The notes beneath the pieces are model-generated. The model worked only from the letters and a program-made list of their open reading frames with translations, was not told where the DNA came from and did no database searches. Below, in pieces: positions 17,575 to 26,969 of a stretch of 36,282 nucleotides of DNA. Within the stretch, counting starts at the first letter, position 1. Each line of letters opens with the position of its first letter. Made by a program: the position numbers and the translations under genes. Source of the DNA: a virus; IMG/VR virus record IMGVR_UViG_3300045988_138021, positions 1 through 36,282 of that record. One strand, 5' to 3'.

Positions 17575-18490
17575 TTTGCGTAAGCCCGCCCCTACGCTGT
17601 ATTTGCACGCGGGCGGCCTGGACGGTGAGGTTTTCAACTTCTCATCTGTCGCTACCACGGCGTTTACGGCGCTTGAGGGTCTGGACGGCTTCGGCATTCC
17701 TGAACCGGATTGGCGTACCGTGCAGCGGAACGACGGCGGCGGTAGCTATGTGCGTTCGCTCCGTTTGAAAGAGCGTGAGCTATTTATCCCGCTCATGATT
17801 TGGGGTGAAAGCCAGGCGGAATGTCTGGCTAACTGGGATGCGCTTGTGTCCGCTCTGAATCCCCGGGTTGGTGAATCTTCGGTTTTGGAGGTTCGCCGCC
17901 CGGGGCAGGCACCCCGGTTTATAAACGTCGTGTACAAGAGCGGTCTAGGCGGTAAATTCGGTGAAGACTTTAGGGGCTGGCACTATAAGGTAGGGCTAAC
18001 GCTAATTGCTCACGATCCGTATTTCTGGGAATCTGACCAAATGCTCAGCTGGAATGTGCGAGGCGACTACAAACCGTTTATTAGCGGCGGCGAAATGGTG
18101 AAAACACATAAGTTTTTCCCCGTGATTCTGTCGCCGTCCGTGGTGAACGGTTCCCGTGAGATTACGATTAGCGGCGACGTGGATTCAGCCCCTACCTGGC
18201 AGATTACCGGCGCGGTAACAGATGTTCGAGTAACCAACGTAGAAACTAACGAGTCATTCAGCATCACGGGCAGCATTGCCCCGGGTGAGACTATCACCAT
18301 TGACACTACGGTGTTCGACATTTATTCACAGAATGACCGTTCGGGTAATCTCTGGGATAGGCTAACCACGGATTCTACGCTATTCCGTCTAGGTACTGGC
18401 AGGCACACTATCAAGGTGACCGGCTCCGGTATGGACGAGCGTTCAGAAATTGCCCTGATTTATAAGCCCCGCTACGTGAAGGGAATCTAA
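17567..18490 (+). CDS. Distal tail protein (Dit-like, positional)
   Basis: 307 aa, GTG start overlapping the tape measure end, GAGGAG upstream. Confidence 0.6.
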   Translation: MLDLRKPAPTLYLHAGGLDGEVFNFSSVATTAFTALEGLDGFGIPEPDWRTVQRNDGGGSYVRSLRLKERELFIPLMIWGESQAECLANWDALVSALNPRVGESSVLEVRRPGQAPRFINVVYKSGLGGKFGEDFRGWHYKVGLTLIAHDPYFWESDQMLSWNVRGDYKPFISGGEMVKTHKFFPVILSPSVVNGSREITISGDVDSAPTWQITGAVTDVRVTNVETNESFSITGSIAPGETITIDTTVFDIYSQNDRSGNLWDRLTTDSTLFRLGTGRHTIKVTGSGMDERSEIALIYKPRYVKGI

Positions 18491-18495
18491 ACCGA

Positions 18496-19599
18496 ATGTC
18501 CGTTCAGGTTTTGATGAGGGATGAGAATTACCGCCCGCGCGGGTTCCTCATCGCGTCCAAGGTCGAGATGATGCGCCGCCTAAATCGTCCCGATACGTTC
18601 ATCGTGAACGTGTCAGCTGAATCAGCACAGCAGGCGACCCGTCTACGCGAGGGTTGGGGGCTGGTGGTGCAGGATGGCGATTTTAAGGTGTCCGGTGCAA
18701 TTATACAGTTCTTCCGTACGGCCAAAGATAATAATCTTGAGGTTGAGGTGACGTGTACCTCTGAATTGGTGTTCCTGGGTGACCGTCTCACGTATCCAGA
18801 CCCGGCGCATGAGGAGACTCAGCAGGCGGTGGCGCGGTGGCGTGAACGCGGCGCAGCTGAGACCGTGATTAAAAATCTTGTCGCTAAGAACCTAGGTTCC
18901 GAGGCGCTTGTGTCCCGCCGGGTACCGGGGTTTGCGGTTGCGCCGTCCAAGGGGCGCGGTGGTGATGCTACCGTGGACACGCGCCTAAAGAATCTTCTTG
19001 ATGTGGTGGAGCCGCTGGCGACCGGCGGCGGTTTGCGAATGAACGTTCAGTTTCGTCCGGGCGGGCTAGTCTTCGACACGATCCCTACCCGTAACCTATC
19101 GCGCCGCGTCCGTCTTTCCTGGGTTTCCGGTGAGGTCATCGGGTGGGAAATGACCGACCGTGCCCCGTCCGTTACCGCTGTTATTGTCGGTGGGCAGGGC
19201 GAAGGCGTAGACCGTCGCCTAGATTCTAGGCAGCGTCTGGATTCGTGGAGGCGGCGCATCGAGATTTTTAAAGACCGACGCGATACCGACGAAGCGGACG
19301 CGCTGGAAAAGACCGCTAATGAGGAGCTGGACAAGGGCATCTCAGAGCGCATTATGAAGGTCACCGTACAGGAGAGTGACACGCGAAAATTTGGTGTAGC
19401 GTTTGATGTTGGAGACACTATCACGCTTGACGTAGCACCAAATGTTACGCCTTATGATTCGCGCGTTGTAGAGGCTAAAATTATGTGGAGCGAGAATACG
19501 CGAACCGTGGAGCTAACCGCCGGGGCGCTTGATTTGACGCTCTCACAGGAACGTATCGAGCGGTTGCGCCGTGAAATTGCGCAGCTGGCAACAGTCTAA
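18496..19599 (+). CDS. Tail-associated (Tal-like) minor tail protein (positional)
   Basis: 367 aa, the second gene after the tape measure. Confidence 0.55.
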   Translation: MSVQVLMRDENYRPRGFLIASKVEMMRRLNRPDTFIVNVSAESAQQATRLREGWGLVVQDGDFKVSGAIIQFFRTAKDNNLEVEVTCTSELVFLGDRLTYPDPAHEETQQAVARWRERGAAETVIKNLVAKNLGSEALVSRRVPGFAVAPSKGRGGDATVDTRLKNLLDVVEPLATGGGLRMNVQFRPGGLVFDTIPTRNLSRRVRLSWVSGEVIGWEMTDRAPSVTAVIVGGQGEGVDRRLDSRQRLDSWRRRIEIFKDRRDTDEADALEKTANEELDKGISERIMKVTVQESDTRKFGVAFDVGDTITLDVAPNVTPYDSRVVEAKIMWSENTRTVELTAGALDLTLSQERIERLRREIAQLATV

Positions 19600-19614
19600 A
19601 AGGAGGGCGAAAAT

Positions 19615-20643
19615 ATGGCAGGCGAACGACAGTTCACTAACATTACGAACGTTGAAGAGTCATTCCCGGTTGTTAACAAGTCGCTAACGGGCGATCAGTG
19701 GAGTTCTGTCACTACAGCTTTCGGCAACGGAACCATTGATGAGGGCGTAGGCGATTACCGCGTTAGCCTTGACAACGCGTCTAACATGGTTCATGTTGAT
19801 CCCCCTACTCAGGGTGGGTTTGCTCATGCGACGGTAGGCGGCTATTACCACCGTGTTTACGGGCGCGTGTCTTTGCCGTGCCCGCCGGTCACCACCACCA
19901 CAACCTATGTTCTGGCCATCGTGCTAGACCCCCTTCGGCAGGCGACCGAGCCGGTCAAGCTGGAGCTATTTAAGGCACCTATCACGTATTCCGGTGGACG
20001 TAAATATGTGGTGCTTGCTGAGATTACGCGCCGCCCGAATGAACTTCTTTCACAGGCGACGGTGAAGATGAAGAAGCCGAGCATTGCCCCTACGATCACG
20101 GTTCAGGAAGTGGCCGGTCTACCGGACGCGAAAACGCAGCCTTTCGGAACTATGGCCTACGTGAATAGCGAACGTTCGCTTTATCGCCGTTCCGCTGTTG
20201 GTGGTTCCGGTGATGTGTGGGCGCGCGTTATTGGCGCACGTCAGACCCCGGTTCTGGGTATGCCCGGCTGGTCTCTGGCACCTATTTCACCGAATAACGC
20301 GGGCATTATCACCACGCCTATTACCGAGGGCTTCTATTGCCAGTTCTCCGGTATCTTGCGCCGTGAAGCGTTCGATTACATGGTGGGCTGGGAAATGTCT
20401 AGCCTGGGTGTGCTCATTCCTGAACCGCTCCGAACCAAGACGTACCGTGAAACTATTTTCCCGGCGTTCTGGAACACTAGGGCATCGGGTGTTTTCCCGT
20501 TGATCTGTCGTATTCAGTTCCGCACGGGTGAAATTCATGTGCGAGCAAATAACAGTACGCCTATTCCGTTTGAACGCGGCGGTGAGCTGCATATCCCGGC
20601 GGTTAGCTGGGTTGCGGACAAGTCGAATATCATTGATTGGTGA
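19615..20643 (+). CDS. Minor tail protein
   Basis: 342 aa, AAAGGAGGG RBS, in the tail-fibre region. Confidence 0.6.
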   Translation: MAGERQFTNITNVEESFPVVNKSLTGDQWSSVTTAFGNGTIDEGVGDYRVSLDNASNMVHVDPPTQGGFAHATVGGYYHRVYGRVSLPCPPVTTTTTYVLAIVLDPLRQATEPVKLELFKAPITYSGGRKYVVLAEITRRPNELLSQATVKMKKPSIAPTITVQEVAGLPDAKTQPFGTMAYVNSERSLYRRSAVGGSGDVWARVIGARQTPVLGMPGWSLAPISPNNAGIITTPITEGFYCQFSGILRREAFDYMVGWEMSSLGVLIPEPLRTKTYRETIFPAFWNTRASGVFPLICRIQFRTGEIHVRANNSTPIPFERGGELHIPAVSWVADKSNIIDW

Positions 20644-20649
20644 TTGAGT

Positions 20650-21015
20650 ATGGCTAAGATTACGGCGCGGTTCAGTACGCCCGGCGGTAAGCCGTACCGG
20701 GGGCGCGTGATTTTTTCCCCGCTGGCAGATGTTATTTTGGGCGCGCGGGGCGACCGCGTAAACATTCTGGTTGGCGACTTTGAGGCGATTCTAGATCCTA
20801 CGGGGTTTTTCGCGATTGACCTACCGGCGGGCGAGTACACCGCCCATTTCAAGATTGACAATGCGGATAGCGGGCAGGTGGGAAAGATTCGGGACGTGCT
20901 AATCACGGTCAAGAGCGATTCAACCCTAGCGGATTTGATAGCGCCGCCCGCCGCGCCGCCCGCCGGGGCTATCCGAGTAAACGAGCAAGACCTAGAGCGA
21001 GGAGTGATCGCGTAA
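20650..21015 (+). CDS. Minor tail protein (small beta-rich)
   Basis: 121 aa from ATG 20650. N-terminus MAKITARFSTPGGKPYRGRVIFSP resembles that of the 22451-22966 product. Confidence 0.5.
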   Translation: MAKITARFSTPGGKPYRGRVIFSPLADVILGARGDRVNILVGDFEAILDPTGFFAIDLPAGEYTAHFKIDNADSGQVGKIRDVLITVKSDSTLADLIAPPAAPPAGAIRVNEQDLERGVIA

Positions 21016-21016
21016 T

Positions 21017-22450
21017 ATGGCACGATATGGCGATATTGTCCTAGTGACGCTGGACGAGAATAACGAGCTGGAGGGCGACGCACTAAAGCACGTCGAGCGT
21101 GTAGCAGCAGAGGCCGCCGCTACCGCCGCCGCGTCTAAGCTGGACGCTTCCGCGTTTGCGGATTATGTGGCGCAGACGCAGGCGCGCGGTACGAGCGCGC
21201 CGGTGGAGAATCGTAGTGCGTCCCTGAACGCGGTGACTGAATTTAATGCAGATCCGACCGGTTCGGTGGATTCTACGGCGGCGATTAACCGCGCTGTCCA
21301 GCAGGCGGCAGAGCGCGGCGGCGGTACCGTGCATCTACCGGCTGGCACTTATAAGGTGAGCTATCCGTTTATTGAGTTGCTGGGTAGCGTGCATTTGCAG
21401 GGCGCAGGGCGTGAGTCCACCACTCTGTTTGTGGATACCGCTGTTCCGGTTCCGGTGAAGACCGCTGTGATTCACGCTGGAAATTATGACGAGCCGCGCC
21501 GTGGCACCGGAAATATTCTAATGGGTGTTAGCGACCTGTTTATCAAGTCTGAGTATCCGCTCCGTGAGCACACTAGCAATATCCCCGCTAATGTCGGTGG
21601 CATTGTTTTTCACACTGAGCTAGGGGTGAATCCGCATGAACCGGACGGGGCGCACCGCATCGAGAACGTGATTATCTGGGATATGGCGTTTGGTATCGCG
21701 CTGTTTGGTCTTGATGACCAAGCGTGCCAGGTGCGCAATGTGCGTGTTCGTCGTACCCGTGAATTTGGTGTGTGCGTGGGTAAGCCGTTGGAGCACCCGC
21801 GCGCGAAGGTGGACGGCAAGCGTGAGACCGGCGCGGGCGACAATATCCTAGATGCAGTGGACGTTAGCGGCGCGAACATCGGCGGCGGCGGGTTCGCAGG
21901 TATCGAGATTTACACCACGAATACTACGGTTTACAGCTGCAAGGCGTGGTATAACCGCCGCTCTAATAGTGGTGTCGAGGGCACCGCCGGTTCAATCTGG
22001 GATACCAAGGGCACCAATGCAGAGCACCCGCACGCCCCTATCAAGAACGGCGCGGGCTTCTATGTCCACGGCGGACGCAATATTTTCACCGGCTGTACGG
22101 CGCAGGAAAACGGCGGGCATGGTTTCGCCCTGGTTGGTACCGCTAATCAGATTGTCGGTTGCCGCGCCGCGTCCAGCTCATGGTGGGATACGTCCGGTAA
22201 GGCACCCAATAGCGCAGCTGATTTTTTCGTCGCAAACTGGGCATGGGGTTTGGTTATGACCGGAAACATTGCACAGTCCGAATACGGCGAGAAGACCGGC
22301 GCGCGCTACGGCTATTTCTTCGAGTCATGGGGACATGACATTATCGCCCGTGGTAACGCCGCTATTGCACAGCCTACCGCGCTAAAGGCGGGTAACATGG
22401 GTAAGAACGTGATTATTGAAGTCAATCAGGAAACCGTGAAGGGGGCATAA
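21017..22450 (+). CDS. Tail fibre/spike with pectate-lyase-like right-handed beta-helix (putative polysaccharide depolymerase)
   Basis: DPTGSVDSTAAINRAVQQAAERGGGTVHLPAGTYKVS is the typical entry motif of pectate_lyase_3-type beta-helix proteins. Repeated G/N-rich turns follow. Confidence 0.7.
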   Translation: MARYGDIVLVTLDENNELEGDALKHVERVAAEAAATAAASKLDASAFADYVAQTQARGTSAPVENRSASLNAVTEFNADPTGSVDSTAAINRAVQQAAERGGGTVHLPAGTYKVSYPFIELLGSVHLQGAGRESTTLFVDTAVPVPVKTAVIHAGNYDEPRRGTGNILMGVSDLFIKSEYPLREHTSNIPANVGGIVFHTELGVNPHEPDGAHRIENVIIWDMAFGIALFGLDDQACQVRNVRVRRTREFGVCVGKPLEHPRAKVDGKRETGAGDNILDAVDVSGANIGGGGFAGIEIYTTNTTVYSCKAWYNRRSNSGVEGTAGSIWDTKGTNAEHPHAPIKNGAGFYVHGGRNIFTGCTAQENGGHGFALVGTANQIVGCRAASSSWWDTSGKAPNSAADFFVANWAWGLVMTGNIAQSEYGEKTGARYGYFFESWGHDIIARGNAAIAQPTALKAGNMGKNVIIEVNQETVKGA

Positions 22451-22966
22451 ATGGCGTTGAGTTATGGCCGCGTTGTGGCTAAGTTTGCGACATTTCAGGA
22501 TGGGCACACGCCCGTAGGTACCGTCGAGTTTGTGCCGTCTGATTGGGTGACAGAGAGCGGAATCATTCACAGCCCCGCGCCGGTTATCGGCTATGTCCGT
22601 GAAGATGGGCAGCTCTACGGTTCCGAGAAGGCTTACGCCTCCGAGACCCCCGGCGTGAAGCTTCTTGTTTCCGACCCTACGCGCCCGGCGCGGTACACGG
22701 CAACCCCGCGCCTGTATGATCCGGTGACCGGCGCGGGTATTCCAGCCCGTGCGTTCGAGTTCGAGATTAGGGCAGGCGCTACCGGCGAAATGGTGGAAGA
22801 CCCGAGCGGCGGCGTACGCGTTATCTCATCGAATGATGGTTTGTGGACGCTTGAGGTACCGGCGGGCGCGTCTATCGTCGCTGTCGGTGATGGTCGATAC
22901 GAAGCGCGCGGCCTATCTGTCGCCGCCGGTAATGATGGTTCCTGGGTGATTGGAAAGGAAGGCTAA
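22451..22966 (+). CDS. Minor tail protein (hypothetical)
   Basis: 171 aa, AAGGGGG RBS. Confidence 0.55.
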   Translation: MALSYGRVVAKFATFQDGHTPVGTVEFVPSDWVTESGIIHSPAPVIGYVREDGQLYGSEKAYASETPGVKLLVSDPTRPARYTATPRLYDPVTGAGIPARAFEFEIRAGATGEMVEDPSGGVRVISSNDGLWTLEVPAGASIVAVGDGRYEARGLSVAAGNDGSWVIGKEG

Positions 22967-22969
22967 ATC

Positions 22970-23290
22970 ATGGCACAGGCTGAAATCCGTGGCTTGCTAG
23001 AGGACGGGCGCGCCCCGTCCACACTGAAAGCTGAAATTCAGGAGATGATTACCGCCGCCGCCGGTGGTGGTGTCACTACCGAGACAGTCGCTAAGGCGCT
23101 GGGTGTTCATATTGTGCGCAGCACTACCCGCCCGCCCGCTACCATGCACGGCGTACCGACTATCTGGATTAACCCCGCGCTGGAAGGTGCGCTACAGCCG
23201 GTACCCACGTTCACGCTCAAGGAGAACGGCGCTATCTTGGAGATTGTTACTCCCGAACCGGCGGGTGGTGCAATGAATGACAACCTATGA
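22970..23290 (+). CDS. Hypothetical protein (106 aa), tail-fibre region
   Basis: GAAAGGAAGG RBS. Confidence 0.6.
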   Translation: MAQAEIRGLLEDGRAPSTLKAEIQEMITAAAGGGVTTETVAKALGVHIVRSTTRPPATMHGVPTIWINPALEGALQPVPTFTLKENGAILEIVTPEPAGGAMNDNL

Positions 23291-24302
23291 GCTGGTCACT
23301 AGGGCGGGCGTTGAAGCTGAGGTAGCTAGGCAGACGGCACGATTTGAAACCCGAGAAAAGAACTTCGGGTTTAAACCGGGCGAACATTATTATTCCCCGG
23401 TAACTTATGCCTGGCCTGACTTTTATAATGGCGCTAATTCTAAGTGGGCTAAATTCCTTGAATTTGGCAACACTTTGGGTATTGTCATTCTGAATAGGTC
23501 TAGTGGTGATTGGCTTTCTAAGCGCCCGGATGTTGATTTTGCGACGCAGGGTTCTATGGCTCTTAGCGCGGGTGCCCGGCGCGTGTCGTTCTATATTAAG
23601 ACGCGACACGGCGCTATGTTCGAGGGTATGCCTGTTTCTTACAGGGATAAGATCGCGACGAATCTAAACGTTGATTTGTCGGCTATTATGCCTTTTACGG
23701 AAGATTTTATTATCGAGTCCGCACGGGCGGTTAAGAATGATTATCCTGATATTCCGGTTAATATTTTTCTTGATGAAACTAACCCGTGGATTGAAATGGA
23801 TTTGCAGAATAAAATCATTGAAGCTTACGTAAGGCTTTATAATCGGCTAAAGCGTGAGCTTGGTAATGATTGTTTGATTATTATCAATCCTGGTTCTAAT
23901 ACGCCGGCTTCTATGATGGCCGCGTGTGACGTGGTTCTGTCCTATGAATCGAACGCGGCGAAATATCTAGACCCTGGCACTCAGTGGATTCACCCTGAGC
24001 ACTATAAGGGTTTCCCGTCGTGGCGTTTCTGGCATGTGATTCACGGTGCGACCCCTGAGAATATTGACGCTGTGTTCGCTAAGGCCGATAGCCTGGGTAT
24101 CGGGCATCTTTACGTTACCGACCGCACATTCAAGGTTGGCGGCGGTAGCGAGGACGAACCGGAAGAAAACCCCTACGATAAGCCGCCCTCTCAGTGGGTA
24201 GAGAACCGCGTGAAGGCTTGGATTGGTGGCACGTTGCCGTTTGAGCAGCGCCTATCTGCATTGGAGGCAAAAATTAAGGAATTGGAGGCAAAGCATGTCT
24301 AA
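23277..24302 (+). CDS. Putative glycosidase (Spherulin-4/Sph3-like resemblance, weak) with C-terminal coiled coil
   Basis: 341 aa. The N-terminal pattern YYSPVTYAWPDFY...WAKFLEFGNTLGIVILNRSSGDW recalls the spherulin-4 family (my recollection, unverified). Ends with LSALEAKIKELEAKH. Markedly AT-richer than its neighbours. Confidence 0.35.
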   Translation: MTTYELVTRAGVEAEVARQTARFETREKNFGFKPGEHYYSPVTYAWPDFYNGANSKWAKFLEFGNTLGIVILNRSSGDWLSKRPDVDFATQGSMALSAGARRVSFYIKTRHGAMFEGMPVSYRDKIATNLNVDLSAIMPFTEDFIIESARAVKNDYPDIPVNIFLDETNPWIEMDLQNKIIEAYVRLYNRLKRELGNDCLIIINPGSNTPASMMAACDVVLSYESNAAKYLDPGTQWIHPEHYKGFPSWRFWHVIHGATPENIDAVFAKADSLGIGHLYVTDRTFKVGGGSEDEPEENPYDKPPSQWVENRVKAWIGGTLPFEQRLSALEAKIKELEAKHV

Positions 24303-24843
24303 TTTTCGTATCCCGACCCTGAACGCGGCGGGTGAGTTCACCGGCTCCGCTCTTGCGCACATTCAGAAGGTGGCGAGCGCGGCGGGCGGCGGCGGTGGCA
24401 CCGCTACCGTTCGAGATACCGGGTGGCGGCGTGTTGATTCGCCTAATCTCGCTTCTGGTTCCGTGTTTTTCCGCCGTGTCGATAACCTTGTTTCTGTTAC
24501 GGTTCGCGGCGGTTCTTGGGATACGGCTACTATTAAGCCGTCGGCCTCGCGCGCACCTAACGGTAGTCCGTTCGGTGACCTGGGTTATCGTGCCCGCCTC
24601 GCGATTAACATTCTTCCTGGGTTCCGTGCGCTAACCCCTGTTGTTGCGCCCGTGATGACTGATGACGGCGAGTCGGTGGGGATGCTGATTATGTCGAATC
24701 CGTCGGACGGCAACCGCCTGTCTTTCCGTGGCTTCCGCAACGGGCAGAAACAGGATGTAGCTAACGTCTATTTGCGGTTCCCTATTCTCACGTGGATTAC
24801 GTCTGAGGATTGGCCGGCCGAGCTACCCGGCGAACCGGCTTAG
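24295..24843 (+). CDS. Minor tail protein, candidate receptor-binding head
   Basis: 182 aa from ATG 24295 (GGAGG upstream; overlaps the upstream stop). Gly run AAGGGGGT followed by a beta-rich domain. Last gene before the lysis cassette. Confidence 0.5.
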   Translation: MSNFRIPTLNAAGEFTGSALAHIQKVASAAGGGGGTATVRDTGWRRVDSPNLASGSVFFRRVDNLVSVTVRGGSWDTATIKPSASRAPNGSPFGDLGYRARLAINILPGFRALTPVVAPVMTDDGESVGMLIMSNPSDGNRLSFRGFRNGQKQDVANVYLRFPILTWITSEDWPAELPGEPA

Positions 24844-24903
24844 CCCCCGTCTAGGGCGGGTGTATCATGAAAAAGAATATTCATTCTACAGAAAGAAACA
24901 CCA

Positions 24904-25389
24904 TTGCCGCCTAATTTTTTTGACCCTATCGCGGCTAGCTTCTGGGACATGCTACAGCTGGGCATTGGCGCAGCTGTAACCACGCTAACCATTAAATTTA
25001 GTGGCTGGCAGTCCACGAAAAAAAAGGAATTAGCAGAGCGGCGGGTAAAAGACGCCGAGATTATGGCGCGCCTGGATGAGCTGGCAAATCAGAGCCAAGC
25101 GGTGAAATCCGAGGTCAAGAATAGCCACGGTACAAATTTGCGCCATGATCTGGACGTGGCTATCAAGAGTGCTACCGAGGCACGCGATAATTCGACGCAG
25201 GCGCTAAAGATTGTCAAGCAGATTAGCGATTCTTTGGAGTCGCTAACCGTCGATTTTCGGGAATCCAAGCGCGAACATATCGATTTTCGCGAGCGCCATA
25301 ATCAGAGCACGGAAGAGATTCATGACCTCAATAAGCGAGTGAACGCTCTATTTTCTGCACAGAACAAGAAGGAGAATAACCATGAGTAA
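24904..25389 (+). CDS. Membrane-anchored coiled-coil protein, lysis-cassette associated
   Basis: One N-terminal hydrophobic segment (FWDMLQLGIGAAVTTLTI), then a charged helical region. Overlaps the endolysin start. The start is TTG 24904 or ATG 24949. Confidence 0.6.
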   Translation: MPPNFFDPIAASFWDMLQLGIGAAVTTLTIKFSGWQSTKKKELAERRVKDAEIMARLDELANQSQAVKSEVKNSHGTNLRHDLDVAIKSATEARDNSTQALKIVKQISDSLESLTVDFRESKREHIDFRERHNQSTEEIHDLNKRVNALFSAQNKKENNHE

Positions 25390-25975
25390 CTACGTGGACA
25401 TTACCCACTGGAACGCCACGTCTTTCACGGCGGCGAACCGTACCATTGACGACATTGATACTATCGTCATTCATCACTGGGGTGTTGATGGTCAGAAGTT
25501 TGATGACGTGTGCCGCTTCTTCCAGAACGGCCCGGGTACTAGTGCCCATTATGTCGTTGAAGCTGGTAAGTGCGCGCAGCTGGTCGAATTGAAGGATATC
25601 GCGTGGCACGCGGGCGATTGGAATGCGAACGCTCGTTCTATTGGCATTGAGTGCCGCCCTGAGATGAGTGATGCTGACTTCGAGACTCTGGCGCACGTCA
25701 TTGCGGATATCGAGACTTTCTACGGCAAGAGCTTCTACATTCACGGTCACAAGGATTATTTCAACACGGCGTGTCCGGGCCGCTGGTATGACCAGCTTGA
25801 CCACCTGATCGAGCGCGTGAATGAGATTGAAGCTGGCATTGATAATGCACCGGCTCCGCTGTCTCATGCTGAGGTGGACGAGAAGCGCGCCGCCTGGGAA
25901 AAGCTCATGCAGGAGCTGGAGGAGGCTAAGGCCGCCGGTGTGGAAGTCGGTAAGTGTCTGGCACAGGTAAACTAA
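25382..25975 (+). CDS. Endolysin, N-acetylmuramoyl-L-alanine amidase (Amidase_2/PGRP fold)
   Basis: IVIHHWG, SAHYVV, AWHAGDWNANARSIGIE and HGHKDY..TACPG fit the His/His/Cys zinc-ligand pattern of T7-lysozyme-type amidases. Confidence 0.9.
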   Translation: MSNYVDITHWNATSFTAANRTIDDIDTIVIHHWGVDGQKFDDVCRFFQNGPGTSAHYVVEAGKCAQLVELKDIAWHAGDWNANARSIGIECRPEMSDADFETLAHVIADIETFYGKSFYIHGHKDYFNTACPGRWYDQLDHLIERVNEIEAGIDNAPAPLSHAEVDEKRAAWEKLMQELEEAKAAGVEVGKCLAQVN

Positions 25976-26006
25976 AACGTTCGTTCTATTTTTTGGAGGT
26001 CTGATT

Positions 26007-26225
26007 ATGAACGAAACTCAGCGTAAGGCAATTTATGCCTTTGTTACCGCGCTTATCCCCGTCGGTATCGTGTACGGTATCGTGACTCAGGAGCAGGCGG
26101 CGGTTATCGTGCCCGCTATCCTGGCTGGCCTGTCGCTTATCATGGCTTACGTGCATGTGCCCGCGCCGGGCGACAAGCAGCAGGACGCGCCCGCCGTGGA
26201 CGATAGCGAGCGCGGCGGCGTGTAG
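26007..26225 (+). CDS. Holin (72 aa, two transmembrane segments, charged C-terminus)
   Basis: GGAGG RBS. Segments AIYAFVTALIPVGIVYGIV and AAVIVPAILAGLSLIMAYV, then an acidic tail. Adjacent to the endolysin. Confidence 0.75.
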   Translation: MNETQRKAIYAFVTALIPVGIVYGIVTQEQAAVIVPAILAGLSLIMAYVHVPAPGDKQQDAPAVDDSERGGV

Positions 26226-26276
26226 CGTGCTATAATTGCTGTGTTCCTTATCAATTGTTCCAGTGATGGGCAGTGA

Positions 26277-26317
26277 AACACCCCCTAGTTTCGTGGTTGG
26301 TTCTAGGGGGTGTTTTT
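26277..26317. terminator. Strong intrinsic terminator between convergent gene blocks
   Basis: 12-bp stem AACACCCCCTAG / CTAGGGGGTGTT, 14-nt loop, T-run on the + strand. It sits between the holin (+) and 26329-26583 (-). Confidence 0.8.
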
Positions 26318-26328
26318 CTATGCCTGGG

Positions 26329-26583
26329 CTAGGTGAAGTCCCGCCGGTTAGCGCGTACAACGAATACGCACGGGGTGAAGCCGTCGTATGCCGCCCTGTA
26401 GCGGGGGTACTGGGTTCGACATAGCATTTCCACCGTGTTGCCGGTGAACTTCGCAGCAATAACACGGTACCGCGCGCCGGTCTCCGTTTCGTAGCTGGTT
26501 ACCCATTTCGAGGCGGCGAAGCCCGGGTAGCGGGCGGCTATATCCCCGCCGTACTCATAGCCGCGTTCTTCGAGGTCAAGCAT
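26329..26583 (-). CDS. Hypothetical protein (84 aa)
   Basis: Start overlaps the stop of the upstream minus-strand gene; part of a tightly packed four-gene minus-strand block. Confidence 0.6.
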   Translation of the reverse strand: MLDLEERGYEYGGDIAARYPGFAASKWVTSYETETGARYRVIAAKFTGNTVEMLCRTQYPRYRAAYDGFTPCVFVVRANRRDFT

Positions 26584-26969
26584 TAGTACGCCCCCCGTTC
26601 TAGCGCCTTTTCGAGCGTGTCCAGAGTTTCCAACAACACGGGCAGCTTGTCCGCCCTGTCCAGATGGTACCCGAAATACAGGAGCTTGATAAGCGCGGTA
26701 ATTTGCAGGCTCCGAGGGGCGCGCCGCGCCTTGTCTAGGAATTTATCGGCGGCTTCGAGTGCTCCGGGCGACGGGACGGGCGCGCCCTCTAGGTGAAGCT
26801 CAAGGCATCGGCGGGCTTTGCGAATGTCTTCCGCTCCGCCCTTTTTCTTGCATCGCCAAACATATTTAATGGCCGCTCCGAGGAAATAGGGCGCTTCCAT
26901 GATGAGCGGTTCAAGCTCTAGCCCCTGAATCTTGCTGTAGTGCTTCGGGTTGATCGGGTCGTGAACCAT
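26583..26969 (-). CDS. DUF3310-like protein
   Basis: INPKHYSK...LGAAIKYVWRCKKKGGAEDIRKARRCLE resembles the conserved DUF3310 pattern (PxHY...IKYxxR...DLxKA). Confidence 0.6.
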   Translation of the reverse strand: MVHDPINPKHYSKIQGLELEPLIMEAPYFLGAAIKYVWRCKKKGGAEDIRKARRCLELHLEGAPVPSPGALEAADKFLDKARRAPRSLQITALIKLLYFGYHLDRADKLPVLLETLDTLEKALERGAY

